This document shows, piece by piece, positions 1 to 9,988 of a stretch of 64,000 bases of DNA. The stretch lies in IMG/VR virus record IMGVR_UViG_3300017824_001452; one strand, 5' to 3'. Both the position numbers and the translations under genes were made by a program. Source of the stretch: a virus. The notes beneath the pieces were generated by a model. The model was given only the letters and a program-made list of their open reading frames with translations. It did not search any database and was not told where the DNA came from. Every line of letters begins with the position of its first letter. The stretch's first letter is position 1.

Positions 1-698
1 AGAACGTACATATTGTAGCCGCTGGTAACCGTGACTCTGACAAAGGTGTCACATATCGTATGCCGATGCCCCTTGCTAATCGTTTCATTCATTTAGAAAT
101 GCGTCCTGACTTTGCTTCATGGCAAAACTGGGCTATCGAAAATCAAGTGCATGAGGACGTAGTTGGTTACTTGTCATTTGCAAAGCAGGACTTGTATGAT
201 TTCGATGCTAAGTCTTCTTCACGTGCATTTGCTACCCCACGTACATGGACATTTGTGTCTCAATTGCTACAAGAAGAGGATATGGATCCCGATACTCTGT
301 ACAATCTTGTTGCTGGTACTGTTGGTGAGGGTCTTGCTACTAAGTTTGTAGCACATCGTAAGATTGCTAGTAAAATGCCCAACCCATCTGATATCTTGTC
401 AGGCAAAGTCAAAGAACTGTCTGTCAAAGAAATCTCTGCAATGTATTCCTTGACTATCTCAATGTGCTACGAACTTAAAAGTGCCCTTGAGACTGATAAG
501 GTCGATAACAAGAAGTTCCACGAAATGTGCGATAACTTCTTTGGCTATATCATGGCTAACTTTGAAACAGAGTTAGTGGTTATGGGTGCAAAAGTTGCAT
601 TGAAAACTTACAAGTTACCAATCGAACCTTCTCAATTGAAGAACTTTGATGACTTCCATAAACGTTATGGTAACTACATTGTTGAGGCTGGCAACTAA
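1..698 (+). CDS. MoxR/CbbQ-like AAA+ ATPase, 5'-truncated by window edge
   Basis: Frame is open from base 3 (NVHIVAAGNR..); sensor-1 'AAGNR', Arg finger 'LANRF' and 'ATPRTW' motifs; lies directly upstream of a VWA gene, the usual MoxR partner. Confidence 0.85.
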   Translation, partial: NVHIVAAGNRDSDKGVTYRMPMPLANRFIHLEMRPDFASWQNWAIENQVHEDVVGYLSFAKQDLYDFDAKSSSRAFATPRTWTFVSQLLQEEDMDPDTLYNLVAGTVGEGLATKFVAHRKIASKMPNPSDILSGKVKELSVKEISAMYSLTISMCYELKSALETDKVDNKKFHEMCDNFFGYIMANFETELVVMGAKVALKTYKLPIEPSQLKNFDDFHKRYGNYIVEAGN

Positions 699-710
699 AA
701 TTGCTGACCT

Positions 711-758
711 GGGAGAGTGTAAGGTCCGAGACATTCCTTACACTTTCCCGAACTTTTT
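711..758 (+). terminator. Long stem-loop after the AAA gene (intrinsic terminator or processing site)
   Basis: gggagagtgtaagg / ccttacactttccc inverted repeat followed by 'aacttttt'. Confidence 0.65.
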
Positions 759-760
759 GC

Positions 761-789
761 TTGACATGTCTCCCCAAAGGTGCTATAAT
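761..789 (+). promoter_or_regulatory. Consensus sigma70 (early) promoter with extended -10
   Basis: TTGACA(761-766)-17 nt-TATAAT(784-789), with TGn immediately before the -10. Confidence 0.85.
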
Positions 790-821
790 TATTAAATACT
801 TTAGACAACTGGAACTGACAC

Positions 822-2114
822 ATGACTAAGAATTCTTCAACAACTAATAACGACAAAGAAAGCAAACTGGCTCATCTAGTAGGTCCTACAGACCCTCAAG
901 TAGATGCACAAGCCCGTGATCGTCTTATCACTGCCCGTATTGCACTCTTACTCAGACATTCATTCTTTGGTAATCTTGCTACTCGTTTGACACTCATCAA
1001 TGCTGATGAATGGTGTCCAACTGCCGCAACTGATGGCAAGCATTTTTACTACAATGCACGTTTCATTATGATGCTAAAGAAGAAGGAAGTAGAATTTCTT
1101 GTAGCACATGAGGTACTCCACGTAGTTTATGATCACATGGATCGTAGAGGTACTAGAGATCCTCAACTATGGAACATTGCTGATGACTATTGTGTCAACG
1201 CAGATTTGAAAAATCACAACATTGGTGAGTTCATCACTACTGTTCCTTGCTTGTATGACTACAAATATGACCGTATGTCAGCAGAGCAAGTCTATGACAT
1301 TCTGTATGAAAATGCAGAAGTTATTGACATTGACCAGTTGCTTGAGCAATTGCTTGATGAACATTTAGAAGGCGAGGGTGCAGGCGCTGGTGATGGTGAT
1401 GGCGAAGAAGGTGACAAGCCCGGTCCAGTCAAAATGTCTAAGGAAGAAAAGGATGCACTCAAGCAGGAGATGAAGGAAGCAATCATCAATGCGGCTCAAG
1501 GTGCTGAAGCAGGATCATTACCCAAAGGTGTTGAACGTTTAGTTAAAGATTTAACATCTCCTGTAATGCCCTGGGACGACATTATTCAAACTAATCTGAC
1601 CAGCACAATGAACAATGACTATTCTTTTATCAAACCTTCTCGTAGGGGTTGGCATCAGGATGCAATCATGCCAGGTATGACTCCAGGCGAAATGATTGAC
1701 ATTGATGTGTTTTTAGATATGTCAGGGTCTATTGGATCTGAACAAGGAACCTTTTTCCTTTCAGAGATTCAAGGTATTATGGAGACATTTACTAACTACA
1801 AAATTCATGTACATTGTTTTGATACTGAAGTTTACAATCCACAAACATTCGACAGTGACAACTTAGATGAAATCACTGACTACGAAATCTACGGTGGCGG
1901 TGGTACTGACTTTGATTGTATCTTTAACTATCTTAAAAACGAAGGTCGTGTACCCAATCGTCTAATTGTATTCACAGATGGTTACCCGTTTGGTAGTTGG
2001 GGCGATGAAAACTATTGCGACACTACATGGATTATTCATGGTGATCCTGAGCCGAATCCCCCTTTCGGTACTTGGGCAATCTATGATGAGCATAAACATA
2101 AACAAGCCGCATGA
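822..2114 (+). CDS. HExxH metallopeptidase-like domain + VWA domain protein (DUF2201-like)
   Basis: 'PTAATDG', HEVLH zinc motif, MIDAS 'DMSGS', 'GGGGTDF', 'FTDG'. Confidence 0.85.
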   Translation: MTKNSSTTNNDKESKLAHLVGPTDPQVDAQARDRLITARIALLLRHSFFGNLATRLTLINADEWCPTAATDGKHFYYNARFIMMLKKKEVEFLVAHEVLHVVYDHMDRRGTRDPQLWNIADDYCVNADLKNHNIGEFITTVPCLYDYKYDRMSAEQVYDILYENAEVIDIDQLLEQLLDEHLEGEGAGAGDGDGEEGDKPGPVKMSKEEKDALKQEMKEAIINAAQGAEAGSLPKGVERLVKDLTSPVMPWDDIIQTNLTSTMNNDYSFIKPSRRGWHQDAIMPGMTPGEMIDIDVFLDMSGSIGSEQGTFFLSEIQGIMETFTNYKIHVHCFDTEVYNPQTFDSDNLDEITDYEIYGGGGTDFDCIFNYLKNEGRVPNRLIVFTDGYPFGSWGDENYCDTTWIIHGDPEPNPPFGTWAIYDEHKHKQAA

Positions 2115-2404
2115 GCAAAGATCATTTAGAACCTCACAGGCCTGCTAATGCAGGCCCAGAGGATAAGTTCATTTACGAATCACCAGACGGTGGCAACACA
2201 GTGTATGCAAGACCGTTAGGTGTACATGAAATGGCACAAAGAAAAAAGGTTTACGAAAACCCAGAAATGTTAGAAGAAAAGAAATTTTATGAACGATGGC
2301 ACATGTATAGAGATATACTAGAAGTCTCTAAAAACAATCCTGCTCTAAGTAAGTTATTAGAACAAGTAGAGATTGTTTATAATTTAAGTGAGGATAGAAA
2401 GTAA
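2111..2404 (+). CDS. Hypothetical phage protein ('IYESPDGG.TVY' motif)
   Basis: 97-aa ORF, ATGA overlap with the upstream gene. Confidence 0.7.
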   Translation: MSKDHLEPHRPANAGPEDKFIYESPDGGNTVYARPLGVHEMAQRKKVYENPEMLEEKKFYERWHMYRDILEVSKNNPALSKLLEQVEIVYNLSEDRK

Positions 2405-2568
2405 TGGACGGTGTAATATTAGCCGCAGGCATGATGGCAAGTTTGATTGCTATTGTGAGTTTATTATTAAATGAAAGTGGTGGTACTAAGGGTATCACTG
2501 GTGAGTATAAAACCAAAAGCGGTAAAATACACACTGCTAAAAAATCTAGGGAGCAACACATCGTATGA
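2404..2568 (+). CDS. Small membrane protein (54 aa, not in ORF track)
   Basis: MDGVILAAGMMASLIAIVSLLLNESGG...EQHIV*; TAATG and ATGA couplings with both neighbours; N-terminal hydrophobic helix. Confidence 0.7.
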   Translation: MDGVILAAGMMASLIAIVSLLLNESGGTKGITGEYKTKSGKIHTAKKSREQHIV

Positions 2569-2822
2569 AGTTTGAGGACATCAATTTAGATACTTGGTAC
2601 AACAATCGTATGTTGACTGATCAAATCCCTGCTCATTTTACGATAGTAAAAACACGTGCTACCAGAGAAAACATGCAATGGGTATTAGAAAGAATGCATG
2701 GTCGATTTGCTATAGCCAGCAACGTAAACCTCGATAATGATGATTTCATGTCATACTATCAAAAGACATTTGCGTTTGAAGATCCAAAAGAAGCAGTTCA
2801 GTTTGAACTCACTTGGTCGTAG
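2565..2822 (+). CDS. Hypothetical phage protein (C-terminal F.D..EA..F.L.W motif)
   Basis: 85-aa ORF coupled to neighbours. Confidence 0.7.
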   Translation: MKFEDINLDTWYNNRMLTDQIPAHFTIVKTRATRENMQWVLERMHGRFAIASNVNLDNDDFMSYYQKTFAFEDPKEAVQFELTWS

Positions 2823-2981
2823 ATGTTTAAATGTATCTGTCATGCTGTTAGAGAAGGCGAGGTTGACAGATACCATCTTATAGGAACCAAATGCGGTAAA
2901 TGTTTACTACAGCCTTTACCAGAGAAAAAACAAAAGAAGTTTAACAAGAAACATGCCAAGTTGATAAAACGGGCAAATTGA
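2823..2981 (+). CDS. Bfd-like (2Fe-2S) micro-ferredoxin, 52 aa (not in ORF track)
   Basis: MFKCICHAV...IGTKCGKC: C-x-C...G-T-x-C-G-K-C pattern of bacterioferritin-associated ferredoxins. Confidence 0.6.
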   Translation: MFKCICHAVREGEVDRYHLIGTKCGKCLLQPLPEKKQKKFNKKHAKLIKRAN

Positions 2982-3061
2982 ACCTCTAAAAATATTTTCA
3001 TCACTTCAATTCGCATTAAATATTACTGTTAATGTAAAAATCTTACAGGAGAAATTATATA

Positions 3062-3745
3062 ATGAGTTTTTTAAGACACGTAGGAAAACACGGTGATCGT
3101 AAGGTTGCAGTGATTTTCCGTGAAGTACCAAACGAAGAACATATGTGTTTAGTAGCATATACACAATTGTTGAATCAAAATATCCACGATCCATTGATGG
3201 AAACTATTGAAAGTGATATCGGTCAGAATAGTGAAGAACTTGCTGATGCGTTAAACAGACAATATACTAAGTCAGGTGATCGTATCCTTCAAGTATTACA
3301 CTCAGAAGGAATGCTTAAGAAGATTAGAACCGAAGATGTTGTAATGACACCGGGTCCTAATCAATCAATTCGTTTAGATGAATTGAACAAAATCTTAGGC
3401 GAAATGAAAGCAGGCGAAGAAGCAACTCGCAAACTTGCAGAAGCAGATGCATCAGCAGGTCTACAAGACCCAGCAGATGTTAGACGTAGAAAAGAAGGTC
3501 TAATCGGAGAACAAGTAAGACCTGAGCCTACTATGGGAACTAATGTTGTTGATCCTAACATGGCAATAAACGATGATGTACTAGCAAGAGATTTTATGGC
3601 ACAAGCAGAACGCATGGAAGCAGAAGCCAAGGGTCTAATTGCCGAGTCTAAAAGGTTGATGAAAGAAGCAAAAGCAATGATGCCGAAACCAGCAAAGAAG
3701 ACACCTGCGAAAAGAGCAACACGTAAGAAAACAGTCGCAAAATAA
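3062..3745 (+). CDS. Conserved hypothetical phage protein with coiled coil and Lys-rich tail
   Basis: 227-aa ORF, RBS aggag, late-type ATTAAATA at 3015-3022. Confidence 0.75.
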   Translation: MSFLRHVGKHGDRKVAVIFREVPNEEHMCLVAYTQLLNQNIHDPLMETIESDIGQNSEELADALNRQYTKSGDRILQVLHSEGMLKKIRTEDVVMTPGPNQSIRLDELNKILGEMKAGEEATRKLAEADASAGLQDPADVRRRKEGLIGEQVRPEPTMGTNVVDPNMAINDDVLARDFMAQAERMEAEAKGLIAESKRLMKEAKAMMPKPAKKTPAKRATRKKTVAK

Positions 3746-3759
3746 ATAGGAGGTCTCCG

Positions 3760-4062
3760 ATGGGAGATAAATCTCGTTCAATACAGGACTGGGAACGGCT
3801 CCTAGAAGATGTAGAAAAACATAAAATACCTGTAGAATTTTTGCAAAAACTAGTCTTACGAATGACAGGACGTAAGCAAAAAACCATTAACATTGAAAAG
3901 TTCTTAAAACAAGGACTTGACTCAGAAACAGTAGAAATTATAGTTGGTAAACTGTTAGAGGAGTATGAAGATGAAATCTTATCAATAGATTTTATTCTTA
4001 ATATAGAAAGAATTGCAGATGCAGTTCAGCCTGAAACAGATAAACTACTAAGTGGTCTATAA
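3760..4062 (+). CDS. Hypothetical phage protein
   Basis: 100-aa ORF, strong RBS aggagg. Confidence 0.75.
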   Translation: MGDKSRSIQDWERLLEDVEKHKIPVEFLQKLVLRMTGRKQKTINIEKFLKQGLDSETVEIIVGKLLEEYEDEILSIDFILNIERIADAVQPETDKLLSGL

Positions 4063-4079
4063 AATCTCTGTAAACTATA

Positions 4080-4099
4080 GAAGGGACTTCGGTCCCTTC
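4080..4099 (+). terminator. UUCG-tetraloop hairpin (weak terminator or RNA stabiliser)
   Basis: gaagggac-ttcg-gtcccttc; no clear U-tract. Confidence 0.55.
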
Positions 4100-4123
4100 A
4101 CTCTATTATAATAAGGAACAAAC

Positions 4124-4825
4124 TTGAAAGTTAAACTAATTAGTCATTCACAAGCACCGGACTTTAATGAGTCAGCATTAGATTTAGTTGCATACTGTGC
4201 AAGAGTAAGTAATCCTGATAATCAAAACAACAAAGAAACAAGTGAAAAACTTGTAAAGTATTTGATGAAACACAAACATTGGTCACCACTTGAAATGGTA
4301 TCAGCATGTTTAGAGATTGAAACTACACGTGATATTGCTAGACAGATTTTACGTCATAGATCATTTTCCTTTCAGGAGTTCAGTCAACGTTACGCAGACC
4401 CTACAAAAGACTTAGACTTTGAAGTACGTGAAGCAAGACTGCAAGACCCTAAGAATAGACAGAACAGTGTGGTTACTGATGATGTAGAGTTACAAGCAAT
4501 GTGGGAAGACAAGCAACGTAGTGTCATCAATGCTTCACTAGATGCATACAACTGGGCTATCGATAACGGCATTGCTAAAGAACAAGCAAGGGCAGTACTA
4601 CCAGAAGGAAATACTGTAAGTCGAATGTATGTAAATGGTACCTTACGTAGTTGGGTTCATTACATTGAGTTACGTGGCGCCAATGGTACACAACAAGAAC
4701 ACATTGAAATTGCTCATGCAGTAGCAAAAGTTATTTCTGATATATTCCCTATGCATGACATGTTAGGTACTGCACCCCCTCCCCCGGGTATCCCTAAAAT
4801 CAGTGAATATGATGATCGGTTTTGA
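4124..4825 (+). CDS. thyX: FAD-dependent thymidylate synthase ThyX
   Basis: 'HWSPLE' and the ThyX signature RHRSFSFQEFSQRY; 'ARAVLP'; TTG start with RBS aagga. Confidence 0.95.
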   Translation: MKVKLISHSQAPDFNESALDLVAYCARVSNPDNQNNKETSEKLVKYLMKHKHWSPLEMVSACLEIETTRDIARQILRHRSFSFQEFSQRYADPTKDLDFEVREARLQDPKNRQNSVVTDDVELQAMWEDKQRSVINASLDAYNWAIDNGIAKEQARAVLPEGNTVSRMYVNGTLRSWVHYIELRGANGTQQEHIEIAHAVAKVISDIFPMHDMLGTAPPPPGIPKISEYDDRF

Positions 4826-4879
4826 GAAATCTTCCCAATAAGTTTGCAAAATGAGTCTGTATAACGTACACTTATAGAT

Positions 4880-5137
4880 ATGAAAGAAGAATGGGAAGCA
4901 ACTGAAGTAGACGTACATTATATTAATATGGGTGATGTCGAAGATCCGGATCTGATGGTAGCACCTGCTATATATGAATGGCAACAAACAGAAGCCGGCA
5001 AGTATGTTATGGAGAATAGTAACCCAACTGCTAAGTGGGTAAGAAGTATTGACGATAGTTATATGGGACATAAATATACGATAAAGGCATACTTCACAGA
5101 CAAAGAAGTTACATATTGGAAACTAAAATACGAGTAA
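4880..5137 (+). CDS. Hypothetical phage protein
   Basis: 85-aa ORF; C-terminus YFTDKEVTYWKLKYE resembles the motif in 2565..2822. Confidence 0.7.
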   Translation: MKEEWEATEVDVHYINMGDVEDPDLMVAPAIYEWQQTEAGKYVMENSNPTAKWVRSIDDSYMGHKYTIKAYFTDKEVTYWKLKYE

Positions 5138-5140
5138 ATT

Positions 5141-6259
5141 ATGGCACGTAAGAAAAAATTAAACATATGCGTAACAGGTGGATTAGGATTTATCGGTGCC
5201 CATGTTGTAGTTAAATTAATTAACGAAGGACATGATATTGCTATTTTAGATACTAAAACAGATTATGGTATCATAGACCAAGACGAATTGGATGCTGTAA
5301 CAAAAGAAAGATTTTTTGGTATAGCAGGTAGAATGACTGGCGCTACCAATTTAAACATCTACACGATTGATGTTGCTAACCCTGAACTAAAAACTTTATT
5401 TGAAAAAGAAAAGTTTGATGCCGTAATTCATCTTGCAAGTTTCCCTAGACAAAAAGTAGTCAATAACAATCCAACTGCTGGCTCTAAAGTAATGAGTGAA
5501 GGTTTGTTAAACTTATTAGAACTAAGTAGGACAACAGGAGTAGATCGTTTTACATATATCAGTTCTTCAATGGTATACGGAGATTTTTCAGATGGCGTTG
5601 AAGAATGGGAAGACTGCATACCCAAAGGTCAGTATGCAATTATGAAGTATGCTGGAGAGTTGTTAGTGCAAGATTACACTAGGCAATATGGATTAAATCA
5701 TACTATTATTCGTCCTAGTGCTGTGTACGGTCCTTTAGATGTGTGTGATAGAGTTATATCTAAATTCTTTTACAATGCAATCAAAGGTGAAAAAATTGTT
5801 GTTAATGGCAAGATGGAGAAATTAGATTTTACATTTGTAAATGATGTTGCAACTGGTATTGTACAAGCAACAACAAGTGCTAAAGCAAAAAATGAAACAT
5901 ATAATCTTACTAAATCACAGGGTGTAACACTTTATGATGCCGCAACAATGGTTAAACAAATAGTAGGAAAAGGTAATATTGAAGTCAAACAAAAAGATAA
6001 CAATTTCCCTAGCAGAGGCGCATTAAGTATCGAAAAAGCAAAAAACGATTTCAACTTTAATCCAGTTACAAATCTAAATGAAGGCTTAATGGTTTATTAT
6101 AACTGGCTACAAAACTCTGCTTATTGGCAAGAACAATTTAATCCTAAACCTAAACAAGAAGTTAAAGTTGCTCCAGCAAAAGTTACTAATGTTAAGACAA
6201 AGCCAACAAAGCCTAAAACAACAAGAAAACCTAGAGCAAAAGCAAAGCCGAAAAAATGA
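5141..6259 (+). CDS. NAD-dependent nucleotide-sugar epimerase/dehydratase
   Basis: TGGLGFIG Rossmann motif, 'SSSMVYG', catalytic YAIMK (YxxxK), 'RPSAVYGP'. Confidence 0.9.
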   Translation: MARKKKLNICVTGGLGFIGAHVVVKLINEGHDIAILDTKTDYGIIDQDELDAVTKERFFGIAGRMTGATNLNIYTIDVANPELKTLFEKEKFDAVIHLASFPRQKVVNNNPTAGSKVMSEGLLNLLELSRTTGVDRFTYISSSMVYGDFSDGVEEWEDCIPKGQYAIMKYAGELLVQDYTRQYGLNHTIIRPSAVYGPLDVCDRVISKFFYNAIKGEKIVVNGKMEKLDFTFVNDVATGIVQATTSAKAKNETYNLTKSQGVTLYDAATMVKQIVGKGNIEVKQKDNNFPSRGALSIEKAKNDFNFNPVTNLNEGLMVYYNWLQNSAYWQEQFNPKPKQEVKVAPAKVTNVKTKPTKPKTTRKPRAKAKPKK

Positions 6260-7473
6260 CGGAGTCATTTTGTGTTTTACCTTGGGTAAACATTACGGTT
6301 GACCCGGACGGCGCAATCAAGCCTTGTTGTATTTCACACGACTATATTAAAAAAGAAGATGGCACTAAATTTAATTTAGGCTACGATAGTATTGATGACA
6401 TCTATAACAGTCAAAACTTTATAGAGTTAAGACAAAAGATGTTGAACAATGAATATATTTCTGGATGTGATGTTTGCTATCATAATGAAAAGTATGGTCG
6501 TCAAAGTCGCAGACTAATTAACAACGAACAATACAAAGACATCATACCTACTACAACTAAAAGTGATCTTAAAATTAAATTTTTTGATTTACGTTTTGGT
6601 AATCTATGTAATCTAAAATGCAGAAGTTGTAATCCTACAAACAGCAGTCAAATAGAAAAAGAAATTTTAGAAATTAATAATACAGAGTACACTAGATTTT
6701 ATCCGCAGTTTGATGTAGAAAGTAACTACTGGTGGGAGACAGATACGTTTGATGAAAATATTAAAAGTCAAGTAGACAACATAGACACAATTTATATGAC
6801 AGGTGGAGAGCCCACTGTTATCGAAAAAAACTTTGAAATATTACGTGATTTGATTAAAACAGACAAAAGTAAAGATATTACTTTAATTATCAATACAAAT
6901 CTTACAAATACTAATCCAAGATTTTATCAGTATCTACCCAACTTCAAATCAGTTATCTTACAATTAAGTATCGATGGTTACGGAGAAGTACAAGAGTATT
7001 TGAGATATCCTAGCAAGTTTAGTCAAATTGATGAAAGCATACACAAACTTATTAAAATGCACAATGTTAAATTGTGGGCAACACCTGTCATTCAAATAGG
7101 AAATTTAAACAAGATAGTTGATCTGTTTAAATACTTTGAAGACATCAACGTTAAAGAAAACAAGCCGTTAATTGATATTAGACCGATTTTGTTGCAAGAT
7201 CCACAACATTTAAATATCGATTATTTGCCTAAAGACTTTAAACAAAAAGCCTTTGCAAAAATATTTATGTGGATGTTGAATGATTGTAAATGGCAATCAC
7301 AGATTTTTAAAGATACAATAAACGCATTAAAAGAAAAGTGCCAAGAAGAAAGCAAAGACATAAACATGTTACAAGAATATATTAAATTTAATAATTTGTT
7401 AGATGATCATAGAGGACAGAGACTAGCAGATTGTAACTACGATTTGCATACACTGTTAAAAGAATATGATTAA
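6256..7473 (+). CDS. Radical SAM protein with N-terminal SPASM/twitch-like domain
   Basis: CNLKCRSC (CxxxCxxC), 'GGEP', N-terminal 'CVLPW..PCC..C..C'. Confidence 0.88.
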   Translation: MTESFCVLPWVNITVDPDGAIKPCCISHDYIKKEDGTKFNLGYDSIDDIYNSQNFIELRQKMLNNEYISGCDVCYHNEKYGRQSRRLINNEQYKDIIPTTTKSDLKIKFFDLRFGNLCNLKCRSCNPTNSSQIEKEILEINNTEYTRFYPQFDVESNYWWETDTFDENIKSQVDNIDTIYMTGGEPTVIEKNFEILRDLIKTDKSKDITLIINTNLTNTNPRFYQYLPNFKSVILQLSIDGYGEVQEYLRYPSKFSQIDESIHKLIKMHNVKLWATPVIQIGNLNKIVDLFKYFEDINVKENKPLIDIRPILLQDPQHLNIDYLPKDFKQKAFAKIFMWMLNDCKWQSQIFKDTINALKEKCQEESKDINMLQEYIKFNNLLDDHRGQRLADCNYDLHTLLKEYD

Positions 7474-8575
7474 GTATTTTGGATTAGACAGACAATACAA
7501 AAATCTTAAAGATGAATTGCTTGATGCGACTGATTCAGTTCTTTCTAGTGGCGGTCTTAATGACGGTGAGTATTCACAGAAATTTACAGATTGGTTATCA
7601 ATAAAAACAAAGGCTGAATTTGTCATACTGTGTCATAGTGGAACTCAAGCATTAGAAATTATTGCACGTTACGAAAGAGATACGTCTCCGGACCAAGATC
7701 CATTTACTAAATGGGATTACGACCAAGAATCATATCGAACAATTAGAGTTCCTAATCTAACATACCCCGCAACAATGAATGCATTTTTAAGTGCTGGATT
7801 AAATGTAGAATTGGCAGATACAGATTCAAATGGAATCATTCTACCTCAACCAGAAGATCAATTACAAAAAATTGAATGTCATGTTGGTTTATTCGGTGCA
7901 CCAACTGTAGCAGTAGAAAGTGATAATGGTATTGGAGTATTAAACAATAATGTTGCAATTATAGACGGAGCACAACATTGGTTAATTGCAGACGGTAACA
8001 TAGGAACTGCAATGGCAATTAGTTTTGACCCTACTAAAAATTTAAATGCTTCGGGCAATGGTGGAGCCATTGTTACTAATAACCAAGCCTTATATGAATT
8101 TGCTACGCAATGGAGAGACAATGGAAAACCTTATCATTTTTATTCTGGAACAAATTCTAAAATGAGTGAACTAGATTGTTCTCATTTGTTAGTAAGAGCA
8201 AAGTATATAGATGAATGGCAAGAACGTAGAAAACAAATTAGAAAATACTACATAGACAGATTTAAACATATCCAATCATTAAAATGTTTAAGTGAAGGGT
8301 TTGACATACATGCTGATTCAAAGTTTGTAGTTAATGCTAGAGCGGAACGTCAGCATTTAGAAGCATGGTTAAATAGTAAAAATATAGAAACTAAAATACA
8401 TTATAAACAAGCATTAAGTGAACACCCTATTGCAGAAAATTTAGAAAAACCAGACTTGATGGCTACAAGTGTATTACTTACCCGATCATTATTAAGTTTG
8501 CCTATGTATCCTGAATTAACTGATGCAGAAGTCGAAGAAGTTGCAAATCAAGTTTGCATTTTTTATGAGCCTTAA
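7466..8575 (+). CDS. DegT/DnrJ/EryC1/StrS PLP-dependent sugar aminotransferase
   Basis: 'SGTQAL', 'DGAQ', PLP-lysine motif SFDPTKNL, 'GNGGAIVT', 'LSLPMYP'. Confidence 0.9.
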   Translation: MIKYFGLDRQYKNLKDELLDATDSVLSSGGLNDGEYSQKFTDWLSIKTKAEFVILCHSGTQALEIIARYERDTSPDQDPFTKWDYDQESYRTIRVPNLTYPATMNAFLSAGLNVELADTDSNGIILPQPEDQLQKIECHVGLFGAPTVAVESDNGIGVLNNNVAIIDGAQHWLIADGNIGTAMAISFDPTKNLNASGNGGAIVTNNQALYEFATQWRDNGKPYHFYSGTNSKMSELDCSHLLVRAKYIDEWQERRKQIRKYYIDRFKHIQSLKCLSEGFDIHADSKFVVNARAERQHLEAWLNSKNIETKIHYKQALSEHPIAENLEKPDLMATSVLLTRSLLSLPMYPELTDAEVEEVANQVCIFYEP

Positions 8576-8586
8576 TAAATAATGTC

Positions 8587-9963
8587 ATGTCTAAAAAAAT
8601 TGTACCTGCTGATATTGCAGAAGAAATTGTAGAAAAAAGAGAAGGTATCGATATTTCAAAAGATGACAAATCTGATTTGTGGATTTGGGATAAATTACAC
8701 TGGTTTTATTTTCCTGACTTAGTAGAAAGACCTGCATCACAAGACGAACATTTACAAGAACGTATCTTACCTAGTGTAAACTACAACGACCATAAACCAA
8801 CATATGTGTATATGCACAATGGACGTATGGACGAACTAGAAAGTATTAATCATACTCCAAAAGTAGTTGAACACTTAAATGAAACAGATGTAACATTCTA
8901 TCTAAATGAGCCTCTGTGTATGTATGATGCTACAGCAATACCCGAACATACATTGACATTCTATTCAGAATTTAATGGTACAGAAAAATTTAAGGATTTG
9001 AGGGCTGAAGAATTAGATTGCATACGTGACTATATTGTTAGAAACAATCTTACAAATGTCAAAGTAAAAACATGTGATTATAAGTCAGAAGAAGTGTTTC
9101 CTTATTACACTGAATGGATGACAATAACATGTGAAGATACTTTTGTTAAAAATGCACCGTACGTTAATATATTAGATGATTCATACGACAACGCGGATAT
9201 ATTGGGTAAAGCCTCTAAAAATTTTACAAAAAAGTTTATAAATTTAAATTGGAGATGGGCACCACATAGAAATCTTATCGCCGCATATCTTGCGAACAGT
9301 AATGCAGATGTTAGTTTTGTTTTTAAAACTGAACTAGAAAGATTACAGATTTTACCTTGGTTCGATATTAGAAATTGTCCTAAAAAATACAGAAAACGTT
9401 TATATGAGGGTATATATAAAATAGATAATGATGGGCCTTTAAATGTAGATGTAGTTTTTGAAGAATTGCTTGATATAGAAAAGACGCCATACCCGGTCAA
9501 CACTACAATTGATGAACACTTTGATCCTTCTGTAGATGAAGCACTGCATTTGGAAAATGCGGATGTACACCACACTGGTGTATGGCCGATAGAAAAATAT
9601 TATAAAGATATATTTTGTGATGTTGTTACTGAATCCAGATTTGCACAGCCTACCCCAAACTATAGTGAAAAAGTACAACAACCCATGTGGTTCCGTAAAC
9701 CTTTTATTCTTATGGCACCCCCAGGCACATTAAAGTATTTACATGAACACGGTTATAAGACTTTTAGTGACTTTTGGGACGAGTCATATGATGACTGTAC
9801 CGACCATGAAAAACGGTTGTATAAAATATTTGAAATTATAAAATATATCGAAAGTAAAACAATTACTGAATTAAGAGACATCTATAGAGACATGAGACCT
9901 ATACTGGATCATAATCGTATTCACGTAGAGAAAAGCATTTACCAGTGGAGAGGCGATAAATAG
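8587..9963 (+). CDS. Putative glycosyltransferase-like protein
   Basis: C-terminal 'VVTES..SEK..P...KPFI..G.KTFS..WDESYD' motif; located in the sugar gene cluster; paralog at 61109. Confidence 0.55.
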   Translation: MSKKIVPADIAEEIVEKREGIDISKDDKSDLWIWDKLHWFYFPDLVERPASQDEHLQERILPSVNYNDHKPTYVYMHNGRMDELESINHTPKVVEHLNETDVTFYLNEPLCMYDATAIPEHTLTFYSEFNGTEKFKDLRAEELDCIRDYIVRNNLTNVKVKTCDYKSEEVFPYYTEWMTITCEDTFVKNAPYVNILDDSYDNADILGKASKNFTKKFINLNWRWAPHRNLIAAYLANSNADVSFVFKTELERLQILPWFDIRNCPKKYRKRLYEGIYKIDNDGPLNVDVVFEELLDIEKTPYPVNTTIDEHFDPSVDEALHLENADVHHTGVWPIEKYYKDIFCDVVTESRFAQPTPNYSEKVQQPMWFRKPFILMAPPGTLKYLHEHGYKTFSDFWDESYDDCTDHEKRLYKIFEIIKYIESKTITELRDIYRDMRPILDHNRIHVEKSIYQWRGDK

Positions 9964-9988
9964 TAGTATATTATAGAGGAGGTTTCTA

